DNA of 64,000 nt from Dehalococcoidia bacterium (GTDB lineage: Bacteria; Chloroflexota; Dehalococcoidia; Bin125). The position numbers and the translations under genes were made by a program. Every line of letters starts with the position of its first letter. Position 1 is the stretch's first letter. The notes under the pieces are model-generated. The model ran no database searches. It was not told the origin of the DNA and worked only from the letters and a program-made list of their open reading frames with translations. Location: NCBI GenBank assembly GCA_963663895.2, contig CAXXRD010000005.1, forward strand, positions 1 to 64,000, written 5' to 3'. Positions 31,460 through 41,131 of this stretch are shown piece after piece.

Positions 31460-31571
31460 GCCTGCGGTTGGGCCTTATCGGCTTCGAGCCGCTGTGATGT
31501 CGCTAGCGTGGAGGATGGCCTGTGCGGGCGAGCGCAGCGTCAGCGCGCCCCCAACATCCTCAGTCGGCTGT
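31460..31571 (+). pseudogene. Degenerate remnant of the 3' end of the peroxiredoxin gene
   Basis: 31524-31571 matches 33000-33048 with 2 substitutions and 1 gap; weaker similarity extends upstream. Confidence 0.75.
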
Positions 31572-32054
31572 GCGCTCTGCCAAGCGCGCGTCGAGGAAGA
31601 GCAATCCGGTGACGTCGTCGCCAACGCGCCGCAGCTTCTCGACGATCTCGCCGGCGGTCTTCTCCTCCTCCACCTGCTCTTCAATGAACCACTCCAGCAT
31701 GACGTGGGTCGCATAGTCGTTCTGGGCCTGGGCCTCGCGGTAGAGGTTCTCGAACATGGCGGTCACTTCCCGCTCGTGTTCCAGCGTCTTCTCCATGGCA
31801 GCCTGCGCGGATGCGAACTCGGTCGGAGGCTGCTCAATGGCCTGCACGACGACGCGGCCGTTGCGGTCGTTGATGTAGTCGAAGAGGCGCATCGCATGGG
31901 AGAGCTCCTCCCGGTACTGGACGCGCATCCAATGGGCGAATCCCCCCAGGTTCTCCGATTCGAAGTAAGCGGCCATCGAGAGGTAGAGATGGGCGGAGTA
32001 GAGCTCACTGTGCAGATGGTCGTTGAGGGTGCCCTCGAGCTTGGCGTTCAGCAG
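31560..32054 (-). CDS. ftnA: Non-heme ferritin, probable CTG start
   Basis: ELYSAHLYLSMAAYFE, QYREELSH, LEHE and WFIEEQVEEE ferroxidase motifs. The frame extends from ATG 31976 up to CTG 32054, with GGGAG 7 nt upstream. Confidence 0.9.
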   Translation of the reverse strand: MLNAKLEGTLNDHLHSELYSAHLYLSMAAYFESENLGGFAHWMRVQYREELSHAMRLFDYINDRNGRVVVQAIEQPPTEFASAQAAMEKTLEHEREVTAMFENLYREAQAQNDYATHVMLEWFIEEQVEEEKTAGEIVEKLRRVGDDVTGLLFLDARLAERTAD

Positions 32055-32067
32055 GGATCTGCTCCCA

Positions 32068-32250
32068 GAGTCGATCGTGAACCGTTGTCTCTAGCTTGGC
32101 ATTGGCTCCGCCCTGTGTCACGACCTCGGTCGTTGCGAAGGGCGCGTCCCAGCCGTTGGTCCATGCTCGTGCTTCCGATACTGGGGGAGCGCCAAGAGCA
32201 GGCTGCCGAAAGCGATGACCAATGCGAAGGCGAAGGGTGCCATCCCACTT
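32068..32250 (-). pseudogene. Degenerate trkH 5' fragment joined to a degenerate ferritin 5' fragment
   Basis: About 32135-32250 resembles trkH 31035-31150 (ASEARTWTNGWDALF vs VSEARAWTNGWDAPF). 32068-32103 encodes NAKLETTVHDRL vs ferritin NAKLEGTLNDHL. Confidence 0.75.
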
Positions 32251-32322
32251 CCGGTTGCCTCGCGGACCGGGATGCACCAGGCGCCACAGTACGCCCCTGA
32301 GATCGTAGCCAGGCGGGCGCGC

Positions 32323-32398
32323 TGGTGCCCCCAGGGGAATTCGAATCCCCGTTACCAGCTTGAAAGGCTGGCGTCCTAGGCCTCTAGACGATGGGGGC
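32323..32398 (-). tRNA. tRNA-Glu(TTC)
   Basis: Minus strand reads GCCCCCATCGTCTAGAGGCCTAGGACG-CCAGC-CTTTCAA-GCTGG...ATTCGAATTCCCCTGGGGGCACCA. Confidence 0.96.
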
Positions 32399-32564
32399 TT
32401 GCGCGTTGGGTGCGCCCGCTTGCTTTTAGGCTAGCACGTGCGCCGGCCTTTTCTTTTGTGACCGCCAACACGGCCCGGCCTGAGGATGCTTGCTCGCAGC
32501 GGCTATCATCTTCCAGGCCGCTGATGGCCGACCCGTGGAGAGATGCCAAGAAGGAGAGCAACCC

Positions 32565-33050
32565 ATGCCGATCGCTGCCGGAGCCAAGCTCCCCGCCGAT
32601 GTCACCGGCTTCGTGATGGAGAACGAGAAACCGACAGCGAAGACGCTTGAGGATCTCACCGCCGGCAAGACGGTCGTCATGTTCGGCGTCCCCGGCGCCT
32701 TTACGCCCACTTGCGATCAGCAGCACCTCCCGAGCTACGTCCAGGAGCTCTCGAACCTGCACGCCAAGGGCGTGGACCAGGTGATCTGCATGTCCATGAA
32801 CGACATCTTCGTCCTCCAGGAGTGGAATAAGGTCAGCGGCGCCGCGTCCATCCTCATGCTGTCGGACGGCAATGGGGAGATCACCAACGCGCTCGACCTG
32901 GCTCTCGACGGCACGGGTTTCGGCTTGGGGCAGCGGACGACGCGGTTCGCGCTGATCGCGGAGAACGGCACGGTGAGCGCCATCGAGGTGGAGGCGAAGG
33001 CGGGCGAGTGCAGCGTCAGCGCGGCCCCCAACATCCTCAGCCGGCTGTAG
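32565..33050 (+). CDS. Peroxiredoxin, Prx5/type II
   Basis: VPGAFTPTC..QHLP, SMNDIFV, SDGNGE, LGQRTTRFA and CSVSAA. AAGGAG RBS. Confidence 0.93.
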   Translation: MPIAAGAKLPADVTGFVMENEKPTAKTLEDLTAGKTVVMFGVPGAFTPTCDQQHLPSYVQELSNLHAKGVDQVICMSMNDIFVLQEWNKVSGAASILMLSDGNGEITNALDLALDGTGFGLGQRTTRFALIAENGTVSAIEVEAKAGECSVSAAPNILSRL

Positions 33051-33559
33051 ACGCGGCCGCGGTCGACGCGCATCCTCGCCTGCGCGGGCGTGACGCGCGC
33101 GCCGTCGGCGCGCTGGGGGATGTCCAAGCCACGCACCCGTACGAGGGAAGCTGGTACAACAACGCCACCTTCGTGCTGCCCCTGCTCGGCGCGATCGGCG
33201 TGCTGATCGCCTGGGCAGTCAGCGGCAGCCTCGAGCTGCTCGGGCTGAGCATGTTCCTCTTCGCCGTCACGGGCGTGATGCTGCCCCTGGTCTGGCTGAC
33301 GTGGCGGCGCACGCCCACGGTGATCGTCGTGCGCACGGCCGGTCTGGACGCCCTGCACCAAGGCCGCACGCTGCAATCGCTGGTGTGGAGCGATGTCACC
33401 GAAGTGCGGCGCGTCGAGACCATGGGCAATGTGCGCTGGTACGTGCTGGCCCAGGATGGAGAGCGCATCGCGATCGAAGGGGAGATCGCGGACGTTCCGG
33501 CGCTGCTTGCCGCTGCTCGGCGCCTTGCCGGTCTTCCCGAGGAGGCGTCCGCGTCATAA
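33008..33559 (+). CDS. Hypothetical membrane protein (two TMs plus a soluble beta-rich domain); true start probably further downstream
   Basis: Two hydrophobic stretches followed by WSDVTEVRR; GC3-rich codons. Confidence 0.6.
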   Translation: MQRQRGPQHPQPAVDAAAVDAHPRLRGRDARAVGALGDVQATHPYEGSWYNNATFVLPLLGAIGVLIAWAVSGSLELLGLSMFLFAVTGVMLPLVWLTWRRTPTVIVVRTAGLDALHQGRTLQSLVWSDVTEVRRVETMGNVRWYVLAQDGERIAIEGEIADVPALLAAARRLAGLPEEASAS

Positions 33560-33662
33560 TGGCGTCAGCGTTGACGCCGTGCCGTTCCACGGTTCCGGGA
33601 AGGTCGTAGGCTGATCGCAACCATCCTGGTGGGTTCCCAGCGGTTCGTGGAGAGGAATTCCC

Positions 33663-33863
33663 ATGCCAGAGATCACTGTGTTCTCCGACGGCCCCTATCT
33701 GATCGATGCCGATGACTTGATCCTCAAGGATCAGGACGGCAACGCGATCCCGCTCGGTAAGGGGAAGCAAGCCGCCCTCTGCCGCTGCGGCCACTCCGAC
33801 AGCAAGCCGTTCTGCGACGGCACCCACAAGCGCGTGGGGTTCACGCACAGTCCCAATCGCTGA
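33663..33863 (+). CDS. CDGSH iron-sulfur domain protein
   Basis: DGPYLI and ALCRCGHSDSKPFCDGTH. Confidence 0.93.
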   Translation: MPEITVFSDGPYLIDADDLILKDQDGNAIPLGKGKQAALCRCGHSDSKPFCDGTHKRVGFTHSPNR

Positions 33864-34064
33864 TCGCGTCTCACGAGCGCGGCCGCTGGCCGTCTGCGCT
33901 GTTGCGTTCCCGGATAGGCCGCTCCGTCGGCGATCGCCGAACGTCTACGTAACGGTCGCCGTTACCCGTTCGTTACGAAAGCGGCGGCCCGACCGTGCTA
34001 CGCCGCGCCTCTACCATCGCTCTGGTAGCGCCCCCTGAACGGCGCCGCCGCTGGGAGTGTTGCC

Positions 34065-35285
34065 GTGCCGTTGGATCCCCGTCTCGTCTTCACACCGGAC
34101 TGGTTCAAGAACGAGTTCATCGGCGTCGCGGTGGAGCAGTGGATCGGCGTCGGGGCGCTTGTCGCCATCTTCCTCGTCGCGACGTTCGTTCTCCGGCTGC
34201 TGATCACGCTCTACGTGCGGCACGTCGTTAGCTCGACGAACCGTGACTTTTGGAACCAGGAACGGAAACGTCTCAACCGGCCACTGCTCCTGCTCGCGTT
34301 GGCTGCCACCGTCCTGATCGGCTTTCCCGTTCTCGATTTCGACTCCGACATCGAAGGTGTCGTCAATCTGATCGCGCGCGTGTTCGGCTCGATCGCGGTG
34401 GTGCTGCTGCTGTTCCGCGCGATCGACATCTTCGCGGACACGCTGCGGCAGCGGGCCGAGTCCACCGAGACGAAGTTCGACGATCAGCTTGTGCCGATCG
34501 TCCGCACCGCGCTCAAGATTTTTGCGGTGATCGTGGGCGGGCTCTTTGTCCTGGCCAACCTGGATGTCAACATCGCCTCGCTGGTCGCGGGAGCCGGCAT
34601 TATCGGTCTGGCCGTCGCCCTCGCTGCCCAGGACACGATCAAGAATCTCTTGGGCGGTCTCACCGTCTTCACAGACAAGCCGTTCGAGGTCGGCGATTGG
34701 GTCGTCATCGGTGGCGATGAGGGCACCGTAGAGGAGGTCGGCTTCCGCTCGACGAAGATCCGTACCTTCTACAACTCGAAGGTCACGATCCCGAACATGA
34801 AGATGACCGAGGGAGTCGTCGACAACATGGGCGCGCGTCAGTGGCGGCGCTACAAAAGCACACTGGGGCTGGCCTACCACACGCCGCCGGAGAAGGTGCA
34901 GGCGTTCGTGGAGGGGGTGCGGGCGATCATCCGCGCCAACCCCTCCATGCGAACCGACTACTACATGGTCGAACTGCACGGCTTCGGCGCCTCCACGCTG
35001 GATGTGCTGCTCTACTGCTTTATCCGCGCGCGCGATTGGAACGAAGAGCTGCGCGTCCGCCATGTCCTCAATCTGGACATCCTGCGCTTGGCGGAGTCCC
35101 TGCAGGTCGAGTTCGCGTTCCCCACGCAGACGCTGCACGTGGTTGAGACGCCGGAGCGCAAGCCCAGCTATCCCCCGCTTCCCTCGGATGCCGAGCTGGC
35201 CCGCACGATTGAGGACTTCGGCCCGGAAGGGAGCGCGGGCCAGCGCGTCGACCGGCCTTTGACGGCCGGATACGATAACGGCTAG
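34065..35285 (+). CDS. mscS: Small-conductance mechanosensitive channel family protein
   Basis: AGAGIIGLAVALAAQDTIKN, DKPFEVGDWV, GTVEEVGFRST and FAFPT. Confidence 0.92.
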   Translation: MPLDPRLVFTPDWFKNEFIGVAVEQWIGVGALVAIFLVATFVLRLLITLYVRHVVSSTNRDFWNQERKRLNRPLLLLALAATVLIGFPVLDFDSDIEGVVNLIARVFGSIAVVLLLFRAIDIFADTLRQRAESTETKFDDQLVPIVRTALKIFAVIVGGLFVLANLDVNIASLVAGAGIIGLAVALAAQDTIKNLLGGLTVFTDKPFEVGDWVVIGGDEGTVEEVGFRSTKIRTFYNSKVTIPNMKMTEGVVDNMGARQWRRYKSTLGLAYHTPPEKVQAFVEGVRAIIRANPSMRTDYYMVELHGFGASTLDVLLYCFIRARDWNEELRVRHVLNLDILRLAESLQVEFAFPTQTLHVVETPERKPSYPPLPSDAELARTIEDFGPEGSAGQRVDRPLTAGYDNG

Positions 35286-35419
35286 CCGCGTCTCTGGGCC
35301 TTGACGGCGCGTCTTTCTCCGGCCTACGGGTTGCGCCCTCCTCGTCCCGGCCCGGATAATTACCTTGACCGGCGCTTGAGCGAGCGCGGGTTTCCTCAAT
35401 CCCTGGGAAAGGGTGCACC

Positions 35420-37286
35420 ATGGCCGAAGAGCGCGCATACAACGGCAAGATCTTGAACGTCCATCTGGGCTCTGGGGAGGTCACTCCGGAGGGGCTGCCG
35501 GAGCAGATGTATCGCGACTTCCTTGGCGGGTACGGGATCGGCGTGCGCCTGCTCTTCGATCGGATTCCCCAAGGCGCCGATCCGCTGGGCCCGGATAACG
35601 TGCTCGGCTTGATCTCCGGCCTCATGACGGGGACGCCGATCTTCGGCAACCGCTTCCAGGCCGTGTGCAAGAGTCCCGCGACGGGTGGCTGGGGCGACGC
35701 CAACTGCGGCGGCGATTTCGGCCCCTACCTGAAGTTCGCGGGTTGGGACGGGATCTTGATCTACGGCCAAGCGGACAAGCCAGTCTACATTTTCATTGAT
35801 GACGATGCGGTGAGCGTCGAAGACGCCTCGGAGTACTGGGGCACCGATGCGATCACCGTTGAGAAGCAACTCAAGGAGAAGCACGGCAAGAAGGCGTCGG
35901 TCGCCGTGATCGGGCAGAGCGGGGAGAAGCTCTCCTACATGGCGGGGATCTGTAATGATCACGGGCGGCTCGCCGCCCGCTCCGGGGTCGGCGCGGTGAT
36001 GGGGTCCAAGAATCTGAAGGCGGTGGTGGTCAAGTCCAGCCGCCAAATGATTCGCCAGCACGACAAGGCAGCCCGTCAGGTGATGCGCTCGTCGCTGGAC
36101 GACTTTGTGGCTCCGGTGCGCGACTTCTTCCGCTCCGTCGGCACCACTGGCATCACCGCCAAGTCTGCCCACAGCGGGGACTCGCCTGTGCAGAATTGGG
36201 GGGGCGTCGGGGTGGAGGTCTTCCAGGATGTCGCTGGCCTGAAGGGCAGGGGTCGTCAACGAGAAGATGGAGAAGCACTACGCCTGCTGGCACTGCCCCC
36301 TGGCGTGCGGGGCGGAGAGCGTCGAGTCCACCAACAGCAAGTACCCCTACCCGCGCCACACCCACCGCCCCGAGTACGAGACGATGGGCTCTTTTGGGAC
36401 GATGAATCTCATCAACGACCTGGACGCGTTGATCTACGCGAACCATCTTTCCAACGAGTACGGCATCGACACCATCAGCGCTGGGGGCACGATCTCCTTT
36501 GCGATCGAGTGCTTCGAGAACGGCATCCTGACCGAGGAGGATACGGACGGTCTCGAGCTGCGTTGGGGCAACGACGAGGCGATGATCGAGTTGCTCAAGA
36601 TGATCGGCGAGCGCCGCGGCATCGGGGATGTGCTCGCAGACGGGGTGAAGGTGGCCGCGGAAAAGATCGGGAAAGGGTCCGAGCGGTATGCGATGCACAT
36701 CGGTGGCGAAGAGCTGCCGATGCACGACCCGAAGCTGCAGCCGGAGTACTTTACCGCTTACAAGATCGACCCGACTCCCGCGCGTCACACCCAGTACGAG
36801 GGTGCAAAAAACTTGGGAGTGCGGTTCCCGCGGGCTCCCAAGGATCGGCAGGATTACACCAGCCGGGGCGAGCACCACAAAGGTGCCGCGGAATACATGC
36901 ACGTCGTCAATGCGACGGGCATGTGCATGTTCATCATGTCGGCTGCGCCGACGGATCGGTTCCCCGAATGGATCAATCAGGTCACCGATTGGGGTATCAC
37001 GGCCGAAGAGCTGCAGAAGGCGGGCGAGCGGATCGGGAATCTGCGGATGGCCTTTGAGGTGCGTGAGGGCAACAACCCGGCGAAGCGCGCGGTGCCCGCG
37101 CGCGTGACCGGGGCCGGCGATGCCGCGCAAACCGTGGGCCCGCTGGAAGGCGTGATGATCGACGTGGATACGATGCAGCGGGACTTCCTGGCGGCTTGTG
37201 ACTGGGATCAGGAGACCACGCTACCCAGTCGCGCGAAGCTGGAGGAGCTTGGCCTGAAGGATGTCGCGGATGTCGTCCATGCCTAG
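35420..37286 (+). CDS. aor: Aldehyde:ferredoxin oxidoreductase (tungstopterin AOR family), single frameshift at about 36250
   Basis: N-part has LGGYG, KSPATG, AARSGVGAVMGSKNLKA; C-part (36267..37286) has ACWHCPLACG, PEYET, GIDTIS and HDP. Confidence 0.9.
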
Positions 37287-37391
37287 GCCGACACCGCGGT
37301 GATCCCGCTGCCCTGATCCCCGCCGAGAGTGCGCCCGCTGGGACGCGCTCTATACTGCTGCTGCTGTTAGTACTTGGCGAAGGGAGTCTCA

Positions 37392-38291
37392 ATGGCCGAC
37401 CCGAAAGTCATCCTGATTACAGGCACGTCCACCGGCATTGGCGCGGATACCGCGCGTGAACTGGCCGCTCGCGGCCACCATGTTATCGCTACGATGCGGA
37501 ATCCCGATCGGGATGGTCCGCGGGTGCAGGCCGGATTCGAGGCGAGCATGGACGTGGCTCGGTGCGATGTCACCGACCAGTCCAGCATTGATGCGGCATT
37601 CGCACTCACGCAGGAGAAGTACGGGCGGCTGGACGCGCTGGTGAACAACGCCGGCTACACGACCTATGGCGCCGTTTTGGAGCAGACCGAGGAGGAGATC
37701 CATCGGGTCTTTGATACGAATCTCTACGGCGTGGTCCGGATGATGCGCGCTGCCGTGCCGATTATGCGGGAGAGCGGGGGCGGCAAGATCCTCAATGTCA
37801 CCTCGATCGCCGCGCGCCTGATCGGCCCCTTGTTTGGCGTCTATTGCGCGACGAAGACTGGCTTGGAAGCTGTCTCTGAGGCGACTCGCTACGAGCTCGC
37901 CCGGCACGGCATCCAGGTCTGTCTGGTCGCGCCCGGGATCGTCAAGACGGACAACCAGTGGCGGTCGTTCGACACGTCGAACGCCTTCAACGACGGGGTC
38001 AGCGAGTATCAGGAGACCATGCAAGGCATGCTTGACGAGGTGCGGAAGGTCGCGTCCGGCCGGCCCGGAGGCCGTCTGAACGCCGTGCAGATGGCAGACC
38101 TGATCGAGATCGACGAGCAGCCGCTGCCTCTGCGTGTCCCCGTCGGCGAGGACACGATCCGGGCGTTCGCGAACCGGGCGGCGATGAGCGATGACGAGTG
38201 GGAAACCATGCTCTGGACCACGGACCAGGAAGGCTATCCCTTCGGATTCTTCAAGAACGAGCGGGCCGCGCGCGCCCAGCACTTCGGCTAG
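37392..38291 (+). CDS. Short-chain dehydrogenase/reductase, paralog 1
   Basis: TGTSTGIG, VNNAG and YCATK. Confidence 0.92.
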   Translation: MADPKVILITGTSTGIGADTARELAARGHHVIATMRNPDRDGPRVQAGFEASMDVARCDVTDQSSIDAAFALTQEKYGRLDALVNNAGYTTYGAVLEQTEEEIHRVFDTNLYGVVRMMRAAVPIMRESGGGKILNVTSIAARLIGPLFGVYCATKTGLEAVSEATRYELARHGIQVCLVAPGIVKTDNQWRSFDTSNAFNDGVSEYQETMQGMLDEVRKVASGRPGGRLNAVQMADLIEIDEQPLPLRVPVGEDTIRAFANRAAMSDDEWETMLWTTDQEGYPFGFFKNERAARAQHFG

Positions 38292-38348
38292 CGTTGACGA
38301 TCAACACGGCTGCGCCGGCTGTCCGCAACCATGACGGGAGCGACCTCC

Positions 38349-39236
38349 ATGGCTGATCCGCAAGTCGTTCTGATCACCGGCGCTTCGCAGGGATTCGGCG
38401 CCGCCACCGCGCGAGAGCTCGCCGAGCGCGGCCACACAGTCATCGCGACCATGCGCAACCCCGACCGCGATGCGCCGGCTCTCGTCGAAGGATATGCGGG
38501 CCGCATCTCCCCCCAGCGGCTCGACGTGACGGACGCGGGCACGATCAGCGCCGCCGTCTCCGCCGCCCTGGACCAACACGGCCGGATCGATGCCCTGATC
38601 AACAATGCCGGCGTGAGCCTCTTCGGCGCCGTGGAAGAGATCACGGATGCAGAACTCCATCACATCTTGGACGTCAACGTGGTTGGCGCGATGCGCGTGA
38701 TCGGCGCCGTCGCTCCCAGCATGCGCGCGCGATGCAGCGGCAAGATTATCAACGTCTCCTCCGTGGCGGGGCTGATCGGCGGCCCCGCAGTGGGTGCCTA
38801 CTGCGCCTCCAAGTTCGCGCTCGAGGCGATCACGGAAGCGCTCCGCTATGAGATGCAGCCTTGGAGCATCCAGGTTGTCGCCGTGGAGCCGGGGGTCGTC
38901 AATACGGAGATGCTTCACGGCAATCTCTCCGCTATCGCGAGCGTTCGCGAGGGCCGCAGTAGGTACCAAGGCCCCGTCGAGGCCCTCATCAAGGGCCTCC
39001 GGGCCGCTGCCAACCGCCGCCAGGGCCCGCGCAGCGTCGCTTCCCAGCTCGCCGATCTGGTCGAGATCGCCGAGCCGCTGCCCCTGCGCGTCCCCATCGG
39101 GGACGACGCGATCCGCATCAGCCAGCAGCGCGGCTTGATGACGGACGACGAGTGGGAGGGGTTCCTCACCTCTTTGCGAGACGAAGGCTTCCCCGGATCC
39201 TACTTTCAGGCCGTCGAAGAGCAGGGCGTCGGATAG
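38349..39236 (+). CDS. Short-chain dehydrogenase/reductase, paralog 2
   Basis: TGASQGFG, INNAG and YCASK. Confidence 0.92.
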   Translation: MADPQVVLITGASQGFGAATARELAERGHTVIATMRNPDRDAPALVEGYAGRISPQRLDVTDAGTISAAVSAALDQHGRIDALINNAGVSLFGAVEEITDAELHHILDVNVVGAMRVIGAVAPSMRARCSGKIINVSSVAGLIGGPAVGAYCASKFALEAITEALRYEMQPWSIQVVAVEPGVVNTEMLHGNLSAIASVREGRSRYQGPVEALIKGLRAAANRRQGPRSVASQLADLVEIAEPLPLRVPIGDDAIRISQQRGLMTDDEWEGFLTSLRDEGFPGSYFQAVEEQGVG

Positions 39237-39264
39237 CCGCCTCCAGGCTGGGAGGGGTCCGCTG

Positions 39265-40176
39265 ATGGAAGTCGCTGAGAAGCTCGCTCCGCGTGTCGTC
39301 ATCGTCACGGGCGCCTCCCGCGGTGTCGGCCGCGAGACCGCCCGTGAACTTGCCTTTCGCGGCCATCAAGTCGTCGCGACCATGCGCAATCCGGACCGTG
39401 ACGGTCCTGCCGTGGTGCAGGGCTTCGAAAGCCATATCCGAGTCATCGCCTGCGATATCACGAGCCGCGACGCGACAGAGGCCGCTGCCGCTTTCGCTCT
39501 GGAGCAACACGGCCGCATCGACGCCCTGGTAAACAACGCGGCGCTGCTCCTCATCGGCGCGATTGAAGAGGTCGTGGATCAGGAGATTCACAGCCTCTTC
39601 AATACGAATCTCACGGGTCAGATGCGCATGACGCAGGCCGTTCTGCCAGCGATGCGCCGGCAACAGGGCGGCAAGATCATCACGGTGTCTTCACTGGCCG
39701 GGCGCATCGCCGGGCCTGCTTTCGGCAGCTACTGCGCCTCCAAGTGGGCGCTGGAAGGGCTCATGGAATCGCTGCGCTACGAACTTGCGCCCCTCGGCAT
39801 CGAAGTCAGCCTCATCACGATGGGCGCCTATCGGACGGAGATGCAGTTCAAGAGCACCTTCGTCACCCAAAAGCTGCAGGACGGTACGAGTGTCTACCAA
39901 GCGCCCTGCGAGGCCTTCATTGAGGGAGAGAAGGTCCGCGCCAACCTCAATCCCGGTGTACGCACCGTGGCCTGCAACATCGCTGACGCCGTCGAGTTCC
40001 CGGACCCCTTGGCTCTGCACATCCCCGTTGGCTTCGACGTGCACCGCGTGATGCCCCTTCGCGAGCGCATGAGCTACGACGAATTCGAGGCGATGATCAG
40101 CGGCATGCGCAACGAAGGCTTCCCGGGGTCCTGGTTCGGTACGATCGAGGAGAATCCGCCCGTCCCCGTCGCTTAG
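39265..40176 (+). CDS. Short-chain dehydrogenase/reductase, paralog 3
   Basis: TGASRGVG, VNNAA and YCASK. Confidence 0.92.
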   Translation: MEVAEKLAPRVVIVTGASRGVGRETARELAFRGHQVVATMRNPDRDGPAVVQGFESHIRVIACDITSRDATEAAAAFALEQHGRIDALVNNAALLLIGAIEEVVDQEIHSLFNTNLTGQMRMTQAVLPAMRRQQGGKIITVSSLAGRIAGPAFGSYCASKWALEGLMESLRYELAPLGIEVSLITMGAYRTEMQFKSTFVTQKLQDGTSVYQAPCEAFIEGEKVRANLNPGVRTVACNIADAVEFPDPLALHIPVGFDVHRVMPLRERMSYDEFEAMISGMRNEGFPGSWFGTIEENPPVPVA

Positions 40177-40237
40177 TAGTCCGCGTTCAGTAGCGCGGAG
40201 CCGGTGGTGTGCGCCGGCGAACGCTTGAAGGAGCCTC

Positions 40238-41128
40238 ATGGCCAGTCCTCAAGTCGTCATCATCACCGGCAGCTCCAGCGGTTTTGGCGCCGCCGCGGCG
40301 CGGGAGCTCGCGGTCCGAGGCCACCATGTGATCGCCACCATGCGCGACCCCGATCGCAGTGGCGCCGCCGTCGCGCAGTCAATGGGCGACAACCTCGAGA
40401 TCCACCGTCTTGATGTCAGGGACCGGGCCTCGATCGACGCTGTCGTTGCGATGGCGCTTGGGCGGCACGGCCGGATCGACGCGCTGGTGAACAACGCGGG
40501 CTACCTCTTGTTGGGCGCCGTTGAGGACCTTGACGAGGACGAGCTTGTCAGCCAGCTCGACACCAACATGATCGGCAGCGTGCGCACGGCGCAAGCGGTC
40601 CTGCCTGCCATGCGCCAGCGGAGGACGGGCAAGATCATCAACGTTTCCTCGGTCGCCGGCCGCATGACCGGTCCCGCCTTCGGTGCCTACTGCGCCTCCA
40701 AGTGGGCGCTCGAAGCGATGAGCGAGGCGCTCCGTTTTGAGGTTGCCCCCTGGGGGATCGATGTCGTGATCGTCGAGCCGGGGACGCAGCACACTGGGGC
40801 GCAGTTCGACAACATGGTGCTCGCCCGCAGGCTTCGGGAAGGCGCCAGCCCCTATGCCGGCCCTTGCAATGCGCTCGTCCAAGGGCACCAAGGGTATGCC
40901 GGCCAGCGACCCGGCCCCCGTACCGTCGGTTCCATGATCGCCGACTTGGTCGAGACCGTTGACCCGCTTCCTCTCCGTCTTCCCATCGGCGACGAAGCTG
41001 CTCTCGTCTTGGGGATGCGCGCTCGTATGTCGGACGAGGAGTTTGAAGAGGCGATGCGGACGATGGACAACGATGGCTTTCCCGGCGCCTACTTCAAGGC
41101 GGTCCGCTCGGAAGCCCCTCCGTCGTAG
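40238..41128 (+). CDS. Short-chain dehydrogenase/reductase, paralog 4
   Basis: TGSSSGFG, VNNAG and YCASK. Confidence 0.92.
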   Translation: MASPQVVIITGSSSGFGAAAARELAVRGHHVIATMRDPDRSGAAVAQSMGDNLEIHRLDVRDRASIDAVVAMALGRHGRIDALVNNAGYLLLGAVEDLDEDELVSQLDTNMIGSVRTAQAVLPAMRQRRTGKIINVSSVAGRMTGPAFGAYCASKWALEAMSEALRFEVAPWGIDVVIVEPGTQHTGAQFDNMVLARRLREGASPYAGPCNALVQGHQGYAGQRPGPRTVGSMIADLVETVDPLPLRLPIGDEAALVLGMRARMSDEEFEEAMRTMDNDGFPGAYFKAVRSEAPPS

Positions 41129-41131
41129 CGG

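Noticed and set aside
31263-31460. c-di-AMP (ydaO) riboswitch upstream of trkH
   Set aside because: The expected conserved segments were not found on the minus strand, and part of the gap is explained by duplication remnants.
32565-33863. Further selenoproteins among the redox genes (peroxiredoxin, CDGSH, molybdopterin oxidoreductase)
   Set aside because: Their catalytic positions are ordinary Cys codons and their stops fall at the expected C-termini.
35286-35419. Moco/Wco riboswitch upstream of aor
   Set aside because: No recognisable consensus elements were seen by eye.
36240-36270. AOR split into two genes or recoded
   Set aside because: A single extra base in GGCAGGGGTC explains the split. 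There is no slippery heptamer, and both halves retain their motifs, so a sequencing indel is likely.
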